From Vicugna vicugna (Eukaryota): a DNA stretch of 64,000 nucleotides. The stretch lies in the NCBI GenBank assembly GCA_013265495.1, contig MU063893.1:3913954-3977953 (forward strand), read 5' to 3'. Shown piece by piece: positions 45,271 through 58,678 of the stretch (position 1 is the stretch's first letter; every line of letters starts with the position of its first letter). Below the pieces are notes generated by a model that was not told where the DNA came from, made no database searches, and saw only the letters and a program-made list of their open reading frames with translations. Made by a program: the position numbers and the translations under genes.

Positions 45271-46823
45271 AATAGGAAGTTCTCTAGGGGGTCGCAGTGT
45301 CTACTAGGTAGCACATAAGACATTCTCAGTAGAGAGGATAATTATAACTAGTTATGTTTATAAGGCTCAGTTAATGAGGTTGGTGGGCATGAGGCTACTG
45401 ATGCCCAGGCCTGGGTGAGGGGAGTGTAACACCAACCAACCAGCCAACCAGCCAAGAACAGGAAGCCTGTGAAAAGCAGATTTCTGGATCTGAAGCTCAG
45501 AGGTTTAATGCATTAGGTCTGGGGTGGAGTCTAGGAATTGCATTTTGGTAACACACAATGGATTGTGGCAAGTAATCCTGGGGCCAGACATGTAGGTGGG
45601 CACGTCACGAGTTGAGGACCAGGGAAAGTGAGGGCAGAAGCAATAAGACAAGAATAGAATACCGACAGGAGCGAGGCAGAGCCAGTACCTTGGAGGACAG
45701 CGGAACACTTTTTATTTCATGGATGCGAGTCAGAGCACCTTGTAGTGAGGTTAATAAACCAGCATTGATCAAGTTTCCCACTTGGAGCTCCTTTGGGATT
45801 CAGTTATCACTCCAACGTGGTTGTGTTGACCCTGGTTATTCTAGTCCTCCATTTCCCTCCTCTACGCCATGTTTCTGACCTTGCCTGAGCCGGAGCTCTC
45901 TGTTTCTGGTGAAAGGTTCTGTTTTGCTGGTTCCATGTTTCTACCTACGTTTTCCAACAAAAAGGCATCCTTGGCATGCCCCCCGTTCCCGAGATGCTCA
46001 GTGATGTGGTTTACTACCCTCTAAATTCTCTGTGAGCTGGATCCCTGTGCACTGATCCATTTCTGTTTTTGCTTTGTGTCCCTTTTGGCTTTTTATCTAG
46101 ACATACGGGTTCCCACTTGCCTCTTGTGTATTGTGTCTGGAACTGGGGATTCCCTCGACCAAGCCCTCTTTCTGTTGTTCCCTCCTCGCACCCTTGTCAC
46201 TGGCATTATTTAGCCTTTTAACTCTTAAAATGCACTGATGGACATAGAGGAACCTGTTTACTGAGACGTACAAAGGACCATAAAGTCCCATAACAGGCGA
46301 CATAGGCTGTGTAGAAATTGATGACTATGTGCTGTTGCTAAGTGACGTGAATTCACGATTATGCTCTGCGCATTTATCTTAGGTTCTAAGCTAAGCCCTG
46401 TGGGGGAATACAAAGGTCCTTTCCAACCTGTTGACATTGCATCTGGTGCCTGCCCTTCTCAGGCTGCAGTCTCCCTGGCTGGTGCTTTGTCTCTGAGGGG
46501 TGCTTAGAAATTGCCGGGCAGAGGTTGAGGAGTGGTGGGTATCTAACAGGTGAAAAAGTGGATTCAGTGTGTTGATGGCTACCATTCACGTTGCTATAAA
46601 AAGGAAAACAGTCCATGGACGTTTTCCAAGTGACAATTTGTGCTCGTTTCTTTTCTTTACCCTCATTGTATTTTGCGTAAGTCAAGAACATTACTTACGC
46701 TCCATTTGAATTGACTATCACCACGTAGTACAAGGCTTTGCATGAGATTAAGCTTTCAGGAGATGCCTCTCTTCTGCCTAACATATTTGTTTGGGACAAA
46801 TAAATTATATTTAATTTTTCCAG

Positions 46824-46958
46824 CTCTACCGAGCTTATGTGGCCTTCCCAGACTTTTTCCGTAATTCAACTATCACGTGGTGGAAGAGGGAGTTGAGAGA
46901 ACTCTACACCAATCCACGGAATCCAGAGACGAGCTTGAAGTTTGATGGCATGTGGATT
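46824..46958 (+). CDS. MGAM: MGAM exon 35
   Basis: [45 protein letters not shown]; cag/gtaagt; 135 nt. Confidence 0.97.
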
Positions 46959-47420
46959 GTAAGTATGTGTGTTGGTGTCGGTGTACACGTGGATGGGTGT
47001 GCTTCTGTCCTTGGGTGTCTACGCATTTGTATCACTGACCTTTAATCAGAAGGGATTAGAATCATCCAGGAAGGACTTTGGACGTGTCAGACTGCATTTC
47101 CTCCAATCAGGAGTGGAACGGTCAGACCCTCCCCAGACCTTGTACCTTGTCTCAAGTTCTTACTGTAAAATTCCAAGGTGATTTCCAGAAAGTCTTTGGA
47201 ACTGAGCCTGCCTCACACCCCGAGTGAGAATTTTTTCAAATCCTCTAGCCAGTCATTCAGAAGGGCTTTATTGATCTTTTCAGTCCGTTCTCAGCTGGAC
47301 TTGATGAATCTCCCTGGGCTGGTGTCTGTGGGATTACTGGATGGTGACCAATTTATCTATGAGTTGATGGGACAGTAATAGTTTTACACAGTGAGGTCTA
47401 TCTGTGTCTGGCATTTCTAG

Positions 47421-47508
47421 GACATGAATGAGCCGGCCAGCTTTGTGAACGGGGCGGTTCCCCCAGGCTGCAAGAACGCCACTCTGAACCACCCGCCCTA
47501 CATGCCGC
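47421..47508 (+). CDS. MGAM: MGAM exon 36 (C-unit catalytic nucleophile Asp)
   Basis: DMNEPASFVNGAVPPGCKNATLNHPPYMP; tag/gtaagg; 88 nt. Confidence 0.97.
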
Positions 47509-48345
47509 GTAAGGACCCTGGGCCTCCTCCACTGACAGTGCCATGGCTACAAGGCGTGGGCCCCGCCGGAGCCCAGCAGCCGGGGGTTTGTCCTGATGCT
47601 CAGGGACATCCTTACTGATGCTCTGGTATTTTGTGGGGGACAGAGACAAACACCAGTCAAGAACTTTCCCCAATTGGGTGTATACAAGTTTCTGGCCCCT
47701 TTGGGTGAATTTCTTGAATTCTTTTCAGAAAACACTTAACATTGGTGATGTCTCCAAAGAATTCTGCAGCTAAGTTTTTAACTTCTTCAGGCTCGTGTTA
47801 ATTCCTCGCCAGGAATTTGCTGTGCCAACAAGTGGGTGGAAAGTAACGGCCTCCCCTTGCATGGAGTCAGTGGACTTTGGTGCTATACTTGTGTTCACAT
47901 CTTGGCTCCAGAAATTATCGTCTCTTTGAGTTGTGTAACCTTCAGCAGATAATTTGGTGTTTCCAACTTGGTTTTTTTTTTTTTTTTAACTGTAAAAGGA
48001 GAATATGATACCATTTTCACAGAATGAGGATAAGCATTACATAGAATAATGTACATGTTAAAAGCCTAGGTTGGAGCCTGTCACGTGGTTAGTGTTTGGC
48101 AACTGTGTGTTCTTCCTCCTGCTTTCTCCTGGGTACCCTCTGGGGCACTTGATGTTGAAAAGACCTGCGGGTGCCTTGGGAGCTCAGAGACGAGCCTGTT
48201 TCCATGCCCCGGGGAAGGAGAGGTCAACTTGACCTCATGCAGGGGCCAAGTCAGCCTTAAGATCCAGAGTCTAATCTTTTGAAGAGAGATCAGAGATACA
48301 CAGGGTGGGAAGGGAGCTCCCACATCACTAGGTTTTTTTCTTCAG

Positions 48346-48484
48346 ATCTGGAGTCCAGGGACAAGGGCCTGAGCAGCAAGACCCTGTGCATGGAGAGCCA
48401 GCAGATCCTGCCTGACGGCTCCCCGGTGCGGCACTACGACGTGCACAGCCTGTATGGCTGGGCCCAGACCAGACCCACGTACGA
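48346..48484 (+). CDS. MGAM: MGAM exon 37
   Basis: [47 protein letters not shown]; cag/gtgagt; 139 nt. Confidence 0.97.
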
Positions 48485-49052
48485 GTGAGTCGTCACCTCC
48501 CTTCTGTCCCGACAACCTCCAGGGACAGACAGTGGCTGATGAAGCTACCCTGCTCGGCCTTTCATCCCCTCTTCCAAGGGCTCAGATTTTAATTATAGCT
48601 TTATAGCAATTCTTATTTATTAAACACTCATGAGCGCGGAGCCAGACCCTGTGATCATAGCTAGGAGGACAGCTGTAAGTAAAGCACGGCCCTGCCCGTG
48701 AGAGACTAAGGGTCCTAGTGGAGGGTGGACTCATGGAGGCTCGGACAGTCATCATACAGGGCACGTGATGCTGTGATGACTTTACTTACGACAAGGAAAC
48801 ACAGTGGACTGGATAGCTCTTTCCTGTATTTCAAAAGTGACTCATCTCTACTGGGATTTTTTTTTTTTCCAGTCATTCTTGTTGAATGGCCAGCTGGTAT
48901 TCTACTGAATTTGCACTGTCCCATTTTGTGTGCTCAGTCAATGATTAACAAGAATTATCCTAAAGAAAGCCTCATAAAGGAATTTACTTTCTCCTTGCCC
49001 AAATATGTAAAACTAAATGTTGAGTAAATAAATGGCAGGATTTAGTGATTAC

Positions 49053-49141
49053 TTTTCTTTTTAGTAGAAGTGCTGGGGATTGAATCCAGGACCTCATGCA
49101 CACTAAGCATGTGCTCTACCACTAAGCTATTACCCACTCCC
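49053..49141 (-). mobile_element. Camelid-type tRNA-derived SINE
   Basis: gtgctggggattgaatccaggacctcatgcacactaagcatgtgctctaccactaagctat. Confidence 0.85.
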
Positions 49142-49221
49142 TCTTTTCTTAATGGAAGTTATTACTTATCATTTTAGGTGACACAGTGAGGTTTTTACAT
49201 TGTGAAGTTTTTCTTTAATGA

Positions 49222-49727
<506 letters not shown>

Positions 49728-49753
49728 GTGAGTGCCCTTTTGATCACCCCTAA

Positions 49754-49948
<195 letters not shown>

Positions 49949-50074
49949 TGAGCTCAGAGCTCAAAAGTTTTGTGTCACCAGGAAAATTCTGAATGACAAG
50001 TAACGTAGTCTGTATTCCACAAGGACACCTTCAAAACCATTAAACCTTCATGTTCCTCCTTTTTAATTTGCTGT

Positions 50075-50490
50075 ACTTGTATATTGCGAAATGACTACCA
50101 CAGTGGGGTCAGTTAACACCTCCATCGCCTCACATCATTACCATTCCTTTTTTGTGTGTGAGAACATTTAATATCTACACTCTTAGCAACTTCCAAGTTT
50201 ATAAACTACAGACACCATGCTATATATTAGATCACCAGAACATATTTAATTTATAACAAGAAGTTTTTACTCTTTGACAACTTCTGCCCACGTCCCTCCC
50301 CTCCCAGCCTCTGATAACCAACATTCTACTCTCTGTTCCTGTCATTTAAATTTTTTCACTATGTAAATGATATCACATAGTAACTGTCTTTCTCTGTCTG
50401 ATGTGCTTCATTTAGCATATTGCCATCAAAATCATCCCTGTTGTTGCCGATGGCAGGATTCCCTTCTTTCTCGTGGCTGAATAATATTCC
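50075..50490 (-). mobile_element. L1 3' portion (ORF2 end and 3' UTR)
   Basis: gagaacatttaatatctacactcttagcaacttccaag...gtggctgaataatattcc. Confidence 0.75.
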
Positions 50491-50499
50491 TTTTTTTTT

Positions 50500-50770
50500 T
50501 TTTTGGATATGACACCAAAAGCACAAACAACAAAAGCAAAATTAAGTAAGTGGGACTATATCACACTAAAAATGAAAAGACAGCCTGCAAAATGGGAGAA
50601 AATATTTATAAACCATATATCTGATTAAGAGTTAATAGCCAAAGGAATATAAGGCATTCATACAACTCAATAGCACAAAAACAAACAATCTGATTTAAAC
50701 ATGGGCAGAGAAACTGATAGACATTTTTCCAAAGAAGATATACAAATAGCCAACAGGAACATGAAAAAAT
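50500..50770 (+). mobile_element. L1 ORF2 fragment in opposite orientation (inverted part of the same insertion)
   Basis: ggatatgacaccaaaagcac...; peptide DRHFSKEDIQIANRNMKK. Confidence 0.8.
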
Positions 50771-51051
50771 CCTCACGTTTCCCACGCCCAGTGTTCTTCA
50801 GATTATTCTTTTGGTTTGGGCATTGTACCAGATACATCGCCCCCTCCCCAGAATGTCTTATGGGGAATTTTTTTCACCTGTTCTGGGAAAGCTTCTGTGT
50901 CTCCTTTCGGTCTACTAGAAATATTTTCCGAATCTCATCTGTAGTCATTGTTGCTTTGGCTACGTGTGATCTTCATTTGGAGTGAATGTGACCTCCTCGA
51001 GTCCCCCGGACCCCCTAAGGTGAGCCCTGAACGCTCTTATTTTCTCCTTAG

Positions 51052-51201
<150 letters not shown>

Positions 51202-51813
51202 TGAGTGTCTAGCCGGGATCCCAGTGACTGAGGGGTAATTCCATTCTATGTGGGGGCAGTTGAAGAAAGTAATTCTTCCAAATTAGACTAAAGACATGCT
51301 TGCCTTTGCCAAAAGCTCTGTAGGTGTGGACCGTACGTTATGATTCCTTTTAGCATGCTGGCAGTCACACTTTAGCTCTTTGACAAAAAGCTACTGATTT
51401 TTTCTTTTTAATTTCAGAATGATATACAATACAGCCCAGAATAAGTTCTTCCTAGTTTGGGCATGTAAAGACCTACCTATCTTCTGTAATAGCTCAGGTC
51501 AAAAAAGAAGGCATTCCAGGGGGATATCTGAGGCACGAAGGCCACTCTTGCATTAAGATGTGCTGTGGTTAAGAAACATGGAGCTGCTTTTAGGTGAGAG
51601 TATGTCTGAATCCCACCGTTTCGTGGGTTTGAAGAACATGATGTGTAGAAAGTGAGTGTGGATCTGATTAAGGTAGACCTAGGGAGAGAGTAAAGGATGG
51701 CACAGCATGCAGCTGAACTTCCAACTTGAGTCTGAGCTTGAGCAGTTTCTTCTAGGTCTTGATCTGGGGTCCTGTTGGGGTCCCCACTGTGGTACCTTGC
51801 TTTACCTCTCCAG

Positions 51814-51898
51814 GTTTGTGGCAGACCGGGTGACCTGGGATGTAGACGGTCAGTTCCTGCTGGGCCCAGCCTTCCTGGTCAGCCCTGTACTGCAGCCT
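51814..51898 (+). CDS. MGAM: MGAM exon 42
   Basis: FVADRVTWDVDGQFLLGPAFLVSPVLQP; cag/gtgagt; 85 nt. Confidence 0.97.
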
Positions 51899-52832
51899 GT
51901 GAGTATGGCGGCCTCTGATGACTAGAGGGTCCCAGCTGTGAGGCAGGTGAATAGGCAAGGAGAAGAGGCCTGGTCTGAGGGGTCCTGAGATGTGGTTTCT
52001 TATCCTGCCTCTGTCTCTTGCTCTCCCTCTGAGCTGACAGCCGTCACTTAGGTATTCTGGTCCTCAACTCTCTCATCTTGATAATCAGCATAACAGATTC
52101 TGATTCATTGGATAATCAAGAAGGAAAAAAATCCTATGATATATTTACAGATACAATTATTTCTTCACTCCCTGAAATAGGCGTATGAATGAGTCGGGTG
52201 AGGGCAGTACTATAAGGAAAGCCTTTCCATCCTCTATCACCATTAAAACAAAACTTTGCAGAAGGATTGTCTGTAGCAATGTGTCTAATCTGGTTGCAGC
52301 TGACAAGCCCTTCCCTTCCTTCTGTAAGAGGTCCTCAGGCAGCCATTTCTTCACTTCCTTTCCCATGATTAGGAGTCTGATTAAAATACCAGGTGATTGG
52401 GTCCGCCCCCAGGTTATTGCACTAATCGTGATTTCTCAGGTATTGGCTCCATAAACCTACAAAAATGGTTTTCTGCCCCAGGCGCAACCTCATTTTGTCT
52501 TTTTAGAGAGGGAATGGGGTAAGTCTACAAACAAATGGTGATTTTTTCCTCCCCCAGAGTCCCAGATTCCAAAGGGTTTTACAGAAGCCACAATTTTTGG
52601 CTAGGCAGATCTTCCCAGTTGGAGAAGAGGGCAGGGAGGGAAGCCTTCCCCAACACTGCTGATGGGGTGAGGGCTGGTAGTGGGGAGAAGGGGAGAGAGA
52701 GAAAGAGGGGAAGGGAGGCAGGCAGTGGGTCCAAGACCATCACTATTGTTTCGATCTCTTTACTGTGCAAATTGGTTACTGGGCCCAGATTGCCTCGCCT
52801 ACTCACCTGCCTTGGTTTCTGTTGGCTTTTAG

Positions 52833-52889
52833 GGAGCCGCAGACGTCACTGCGTACTTCCCCAGAGCCCGCTGGTACGATTACTACACG
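52833..52889 (+). CDS. MGAM: MGAM exon 43
   Basis: GAADVTAYFPRARWYDYYT; tag/gtgagt; 57 nt. Confidence 0.96.
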
Positions 52890-53770
52890 GTGAGTTTTCC
52901 TGATTTGTTTATATACAAGCTGGGGAAATGGTAGCACACGCAGGCTTTAGAATCTGACAGTCCTCAGGTCCCGCTCGCCCTGTGATCTTGGACGGGCCAC
53001 TTCCAACCTCGGAGCCTCCGTGTTTTCACCTCCGAGTGTGGGAAGCCCGCTTTCCTCACAGAAGTGTTGTGAAATGCATCGAAGCGGCTCCTGCAGTGCC
53101 TGGCTTTTCCTGGATCTTCTTTGTGTGTTCGTTTTTAACCCTTCCTTGTACCACCACTCTTCACGGTGGCGTAAATGTCAGACACTGGAACACACTTGAA
53201 ATTGTGCTGGAAATGATGGTTTTTGTTTATATCCCCCTTGTTAGGCTGCAAGTTCATAAATATTAGGGGCCTTTTGCTCTGGGTTTTTTGTTTTTATTAA
53301 ATACATTCTTTTATAGCATAGATATTCAAAGAAGAGTTGGTCAATGTAATTTCCTAAGGTAAGCAGGCTCCAGGCTGGGTGGAAAACGCACACCCAGGTG
53401 TAAGGCCCCGCCCTCGTGAGCCGGGGCAAGGCGAGTGCGCCGAGGAATACGAAGGGACCGCATCCTCCCTGTCATAGCACTATGTCGCCGGCTCGTCCCA
53501 GCCCCCGAGACTCAGCTGGGAAAACAGGCTCTTTCACAGACGCGTCAAGGCAGTGTTCTGTTGCAGGGTCCAGACAAGTCAGAGTTTGATTCTTGAGGAA
53601 GAAGCAAGGGTGGTGTTTCCTCTCCCTGTAACCAGGCTCCTCTGCTTTTCCTGAGGAGAGCGAAGGGGAGAACTGGAAATACAGCAAAAAGATAACAGTG
53701 CCTCTTAGTCGTAATCAGTGACTGTGCGGCTGATGAAAACTCCCTTGGACAGTCACGTTAGGTTGTCTTT

Positions 53771-53898
53771 CTCTTTTTTCCCTTTGTTTTGGAAAGGAGG
53801 GATTAGGGTTTATTTATTTACTTCCTTGTTTGTAGTGGAGGTGCTGGGGATCGAACCCCGGACCTCGTGCTTGCTGTGTGTGCTGAGCGTACTCCCCA
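53771..53898 (-). mobile_element. Camelid-type tRNA-derived SINE
   Basis: ggaggtgctggggatcgaaccccggacctcgtgc; TSD taggttgtcttt at 53759-53770 and 53899-53910. Confidence 0.85.
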
Positions 53899-54519
53899 TA
53901 GGTTGTCTTTTCCTATTTCAGTCGTTCTGCTTTTACGTGTTATCTCATGATCAGGTCTTTGTGGATATCTTAACAGGAATTTGTTAGCTAGCTCAGTCAG
54001 AAACTATTTAAAGGAAGGTTAATCAGCTTGTGACTCATGAGGGGCTGGAAATGAACTCATGAGAAGGTATCATATCATGTTTAGCCATAATGTATAGGAG
54101 AATGAAAAAAAAAACATTGAGAGAAATAAAGAATTTGGTAGGAAGGCAACTTTAATGGTTTTATGTGTGTCAGGTTTCGCTTGAATGTAGGACAATCAGT
54201 GGAGGAAAAGTCCAGGATTCATAAGATGTTGGAGTGAAATATCATTAGAGAGCATATAATTCAGCTTCCTCATGACATCGGTAAGAAAAAGGTCCAGAGA
54301 CATAGGGCTGGAATTTTTAGTAAGTCCTCTAAACTTTGTAGTCCTGAGGCAGGACCACGAAGCAGAGTTCCCTCCGGGAATGTGGTGTCAGTCACCGTCA
54401 GTGAAGGGTCAGTCCCTTCTACCACCTACCCCTAGTTTTGTACAAGTTGAGTCTGTATGAAATGAAAATCAAGGAACGAAAGTGAAGAAACGTTACAGTA
54501 GCTTTGCTCCTTACCTTTA

Positions 54520-54740
54520 AAGGAGTGATTCTCAAATGGGGGGGATTTGCCTACCAGCGGACGTCTGGCAATGTGTAGAGGCACGTCTGGTTGGCACAGT
54601 GCACAGTGTGGTGGGAGGTAGGGGAGATGCTGCTGGCATCTAGCGGATAGACACTGATCAACAGCCAAAAGGCACAGGGCAGTCCCTACAACAAAGAGTC
54701 TCCAGCCCGATATGTCCCTAGTGCTGAAGTCAGGAAGCCT
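54520..54740. mobile_element. MER20 hAT MITE
   Basis: gtgattctcaaatggggggatttgcc...gctgctggcatctag...ccctacaacaaagag. Confidence 0.75.
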
Positions 54741-55357
54741 TCTCCAGGTTGAGAACCCGTGGAAGGGCAGTTTCTTAGGAACTGAGGTTTGAGCTGGGGG
54801 TGAGAGACACTTCTCCCATCATGTGTGAGGTGGGATAAAGATGTGAAACATAAAGGAAGACAGAGTGAGTTAAAGAGAAGGACTTGTGAAGTAAGTCAGT
54901 TCACTTTAATAATTTCGGTCAAGTCAGAGTCCAAGGTGTTAATGAAGTTGGGGTGGGGACTGGGGCAGTGGAGGGAGATGGAGGCTGAGCAGAGGCAAAG
55001 CCAAAGAGAAGGTCTGGAAGTGCCTTTGTGGGGAGTGAATCAGGAGCCAACAAGAAAGAAAAAAGGATCACTCAACCTCCTTGAGTGGTGCTTCTTGATG
55101 CAGAAACAGGATGTGGAGTGAGGGTAGGGGGAGAGGCAGCTAGGATCCCATGTGGTATGTATGGTAGAGGCCCCAAAAGATAAGGGGTCCTGACATGATG
55201 TAATGGCAGCAACACAAGATGACACACAGTGTGGAGAAGTGTGGTAACAGGGTCCTGAACAGGCAGCAGGCTCAGAGGGCGGACAAGATGTCTCATCGAT
55301 GCGTTGTTCAGGGAGATGTGTTCTCTCCATCATCTCTTACCTTCTTCCGACCCGCAG

Positions 55358-55482
55358 GGTGTGGACATTAAAGCCCGGGGAGAGTGGAAGTCCTTGCCAG
55401 CCCCTCTCGACCACATTAATCTTCACGTCCGTGGGGGCTACATCCTGCCCTGGCAAGAGCCTGCGCAGAACACCCACTTAAG
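55358..55482 (+). CDS. MGAM: MGAM exon 44
   Basis: [42 protein letters not shown]; cag/gtgaat; 125 nt. Confidence 0.97.
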
Positions 55483-56029
55483 GTGAATGATGGGCTCAGA
55501 TTTCTCCTTACATGCCAGTTAGCTCGGATCCTGGTGAAGCCCACTGGTTTGCAAGCTACATCCCAAAGGTCTTTTGCTAAACATTTTTATTTGTCTGCTT
55601 GTTTGTGTTTTAGCCTTTTTCAGAGACTATGCTCTTGAAACAGTTATTAGTGACTGTTTTAGATCGAAGTGGGGGAGGTAACAGGTCTGATGAGTGACAC
55701 TTGAGATGAAGGTGAAACAGGAGCAACCATGATTCGTGCTGGTTTTAGAAGACTATCTGGATCCTAATCCACTCTTTGCTTGAAAAAAAAAAAAAAAGCA
55801 AAACTTTTGCTGGAAAACTGTGTAAGCCAAACTGCAACTGATGCCTGAGGCAGAGGTTCCTTATATACAAGATTTAAAAATTCTAAACCTAAGTCTATAT
55901 AATAAATAAATAACAGGTGACATCAGGTGAATGTTTGCTCTGTGCCTAGAACTGTGCTAATATGGAGAGGTCTATTTGCAGATTATCTAATTTTTCTTAA
56001 CAAAAGGAAAAAAAATAAACCCTATGGTT

Positions 56030-56165
56030 AAGTACTGTTATCATCCCCACTTTGCAGATGAGCAAAGAGAGGCTTCGGGCGGCTAAGCGATTAACTCAGA
56101 GTCACACAGGTAGTAAGTAGTTGAGCAGGGACTAAAGTCCATGTCTGTCTGATGTCAAACTCAAA
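56030..56165 (-). mobile_element. MIR SINE
   Basis: tcatccccactttgcagatgagcaaagagaggct...agagtcacacagg. Confidence 0.6.
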
Positions 56166-56603
56166 TTCTTGGAGTCCTATTCATGTGATCACAAAGTCAG
56201 TTGGAAAGTGAAGAACCCAGGATATATGCAAACAAAACTCTCCGGACCTGTTTAAGAATTTGCTGATGAAAGATAAAAGATGAAAACACCTGGATTTTCC
56301 CCACAGTGGGGAAAGGAAGGAGGCCAGTGAGCTTGCGTGTGGTTTTTTGTAGAGCCCGTGGGGCTCCTGTAGGCTTGTAGAGCCTTAAAGGAAAAGTCCC
56401 CTTGATTGATTGACTCACTCATTCCTGATTCGAAGTCACGTGGCTCTCGAGACAGAAGGAGAACCGAATCACAAGTTTCTTGAATCCTAGTACCCAGGCT
56501 TTACTTTATACCAGGAAACACTTCCTTTCTGTTTCTGTGAAAACCCTTGGTTTGTGGCTGTGGCTTTGTCTTTAGCTAATGCCCCTCTCCTCCCTCACTG
56601 CAG

Positions 56604-56692
56604 CCGTCAGAAGTTCCTAGGCTTCAAGGTCGCCCTGGATGATCAGGGGACGGCCGAAGGTTGTCTCTTCTGGGATGATGGACAAAGCATTG
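56604..56692 (+). CDS. MGAM: MGAM exon 45
   Basis: RQKFLGFKVALDDQGTAEGCLFWDDGQSI; cag/gtgagt; 89 nt. Confidence 0.97.
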
Positions 56693-57062
56693 GTGAGTAA
56701 GGGCTGCCTCGGATTCCTGCACGTCAATACCCCTGGCTGGGTTCCTAGATATCTTGTAGGGCTGCTATTTCCTTTTCTGTGTTAAGACAATTTTATATTT
56801 TTAAATATAGCCATTTATTACTTTAAAATGTATAATACATTTTGTACAGGATCCTTATGCCTCACGTATATGAAGCTGAACTCTGAGTCTCTCACCCTTA
56901 TCCAGCTGTCCTAATCCAAAGGTTCTTTGTGGTCAACTGAGCTATAATAGGGGCAGTGCCTCGCTCAGCTGTGCTATTTACTTGGGGGAATGTTCCATCA
57001 GGAGTTAACAGGAATTAGTAAACTCCCAGGAGGATGTCTCAAGTACCCTTAGTCATTTCTAG

Positions 57063-57272
57063 ACCAGTGATGTCCAATAGAACTTTCTGCAGTGATGGAA
57101 ATGTTCTCCATCCGTGTTGTCCCGTCTGGTAGCAGTTAGGCCTCGGTGGCTATTGAGCACTTGAAATGTGACCAGTGCATGTGAGAAACTGGATTTTAAA
57201 GTTGATTTAATTTGTAATTTAAATTTAAATAGTTCCATTTGGCTCGTGGCTACCGTCTTGGACAGTACAGCT
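57063..57272. mobile_element. MER3 hAT MITE
   Basis: tgtccaatagaactttctgcagtgatggaaatgttc...gagcacttgaaatgtg...gtggctaccgtcttggacagtacag. Confidence 0.8.
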
Positions 57273-57886
57273 CTAGAGGACAGCCCTCTGGTTCAGTGGT
57301 AGCAACTTAGAAAGAGGCAGGCACACGGGGAAGAGTGAGAAAGCCACACAGGTCGGGCGCAGGGGGACGGCACCAGTGACAGGGCCCTGCTGCTCCACCT
57401 TTACTGGGTGTGCTGAACTTCCGATTCTCCCTGGGCTTATGGCATAAATTAAGGCTAAGGAACAAAGAAGTTCCTTCTTGGGAGACTGCATTTAAAAAAT
57501 TTCCTAATACCTCTCAAGATAAGCTGACCAAGACACCCATCTTGGTGTTCGTGATGTGGGCGTGCGTGCACATGTGTGCTTTAATGTGTGCCTCTAGCAG
57601 AAGGAATGTGGACATTCTGAGACGCTGGGGGCAGGAGACTATGAGAAGGAGGAGTGGATTAAGAGCAGTGTCAGAAAACTGCATCATAGAAGGTGACGCT
57701 GTTCTTCAGAGGCATCTGTATACGCCCATTTCAAACATTTGTATAAACTGACTCCTCTCACAACGTGGAACTCTGTGAAGAAGAGAAACAAAATAACAAA
57801 AATCATCCCTACTTCCTCAGCCGAGGAAGCAATGAGAACTCTAGAGCATAGCTCCGTCTCATGCTTGCTTTGTTGTCTGTTTGCAG

Positions 57887-57936
57887 ATACCTATGAAAAA
57901 GGACTCTATTACCTGGCCAACTTTTCTGTCAGCCAG
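57887..57936 (+). CDS. MGAM: MGAM exon 46
   Basis: DTYEKGLYYLANFSVSQ; cag/gtgagt; 50 nt. Confidence 0.96.
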
Positions 57937-58507
57937 GTGAGTATGTGACTGATACTGTGAAGGGGGAATGGAGTTCTGGCTTCGTAGGATGCTGGAAGCC
58001 ATAGGGCGTAAATTACCTGCTAGAATTCCTTCACTGTTCATCTTGCTGATTTGCATCCTTCCCCTCCTCTAGACTTCTGATAGAGACATAATGTGCTCCC
58101 AGGAAGCTTTCTGTGATTAAATTCATTCGTATTTCATCAGTAACTTATTCCAGTTCACCAAAGCACACATGGAAAGACTATTTCTATGTTATCCAGCCCT
58201 CATTCTTAAGATGCCTTGGAATGGTCTGCACATTTTATGACTTCTCCGCATGTAGAATGTAAGGTTCCTGAGAGCTGAAGTTCTTTGCCTCCTTAGAGTC
58301 AGGGTGATCCTGGGGACCCTGTTGCTGCTTAAACAATGCACAGTTGGGTGGTAGTCGGCAACGGGGGATAGAATGCTGAAATCATGATGTCACTATCCAA
58401 GCATACGAGGTGGTGACTCTAAAGCCATCTTACTTCATGATCTAGATTTGGGCCTAAAATCACACAATTGTTTCCCCCCGGTGGTTTCTTTTATCTCCAA
58501 CTGACAG

Positions 58508-58678
58508 AATACGATGCAGAGCCATGTAATTTTCAACAAATACATCAGCGATACAAACCCTTTGAAACTGGGCTACGTTGAAATCTGGGGAGTGGGCAGC
58601 AATTCCATTTCCAGTGTCAGCATTTCTGTGAGCGGCGTGGTTGTGACCCCCAGCTTCACCTACAACTCTACAACACAG
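58508..58678 (+). CDS. MGAM: MGAM exon 47
   Basis: NTMQSHVIFNKYISDTNPLKLGYVEIWGVGSNSISSVSISVSGVVVTPSFTYNSTTQ; cag/gtttgt; 171 nt. Confidence 0.96.
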
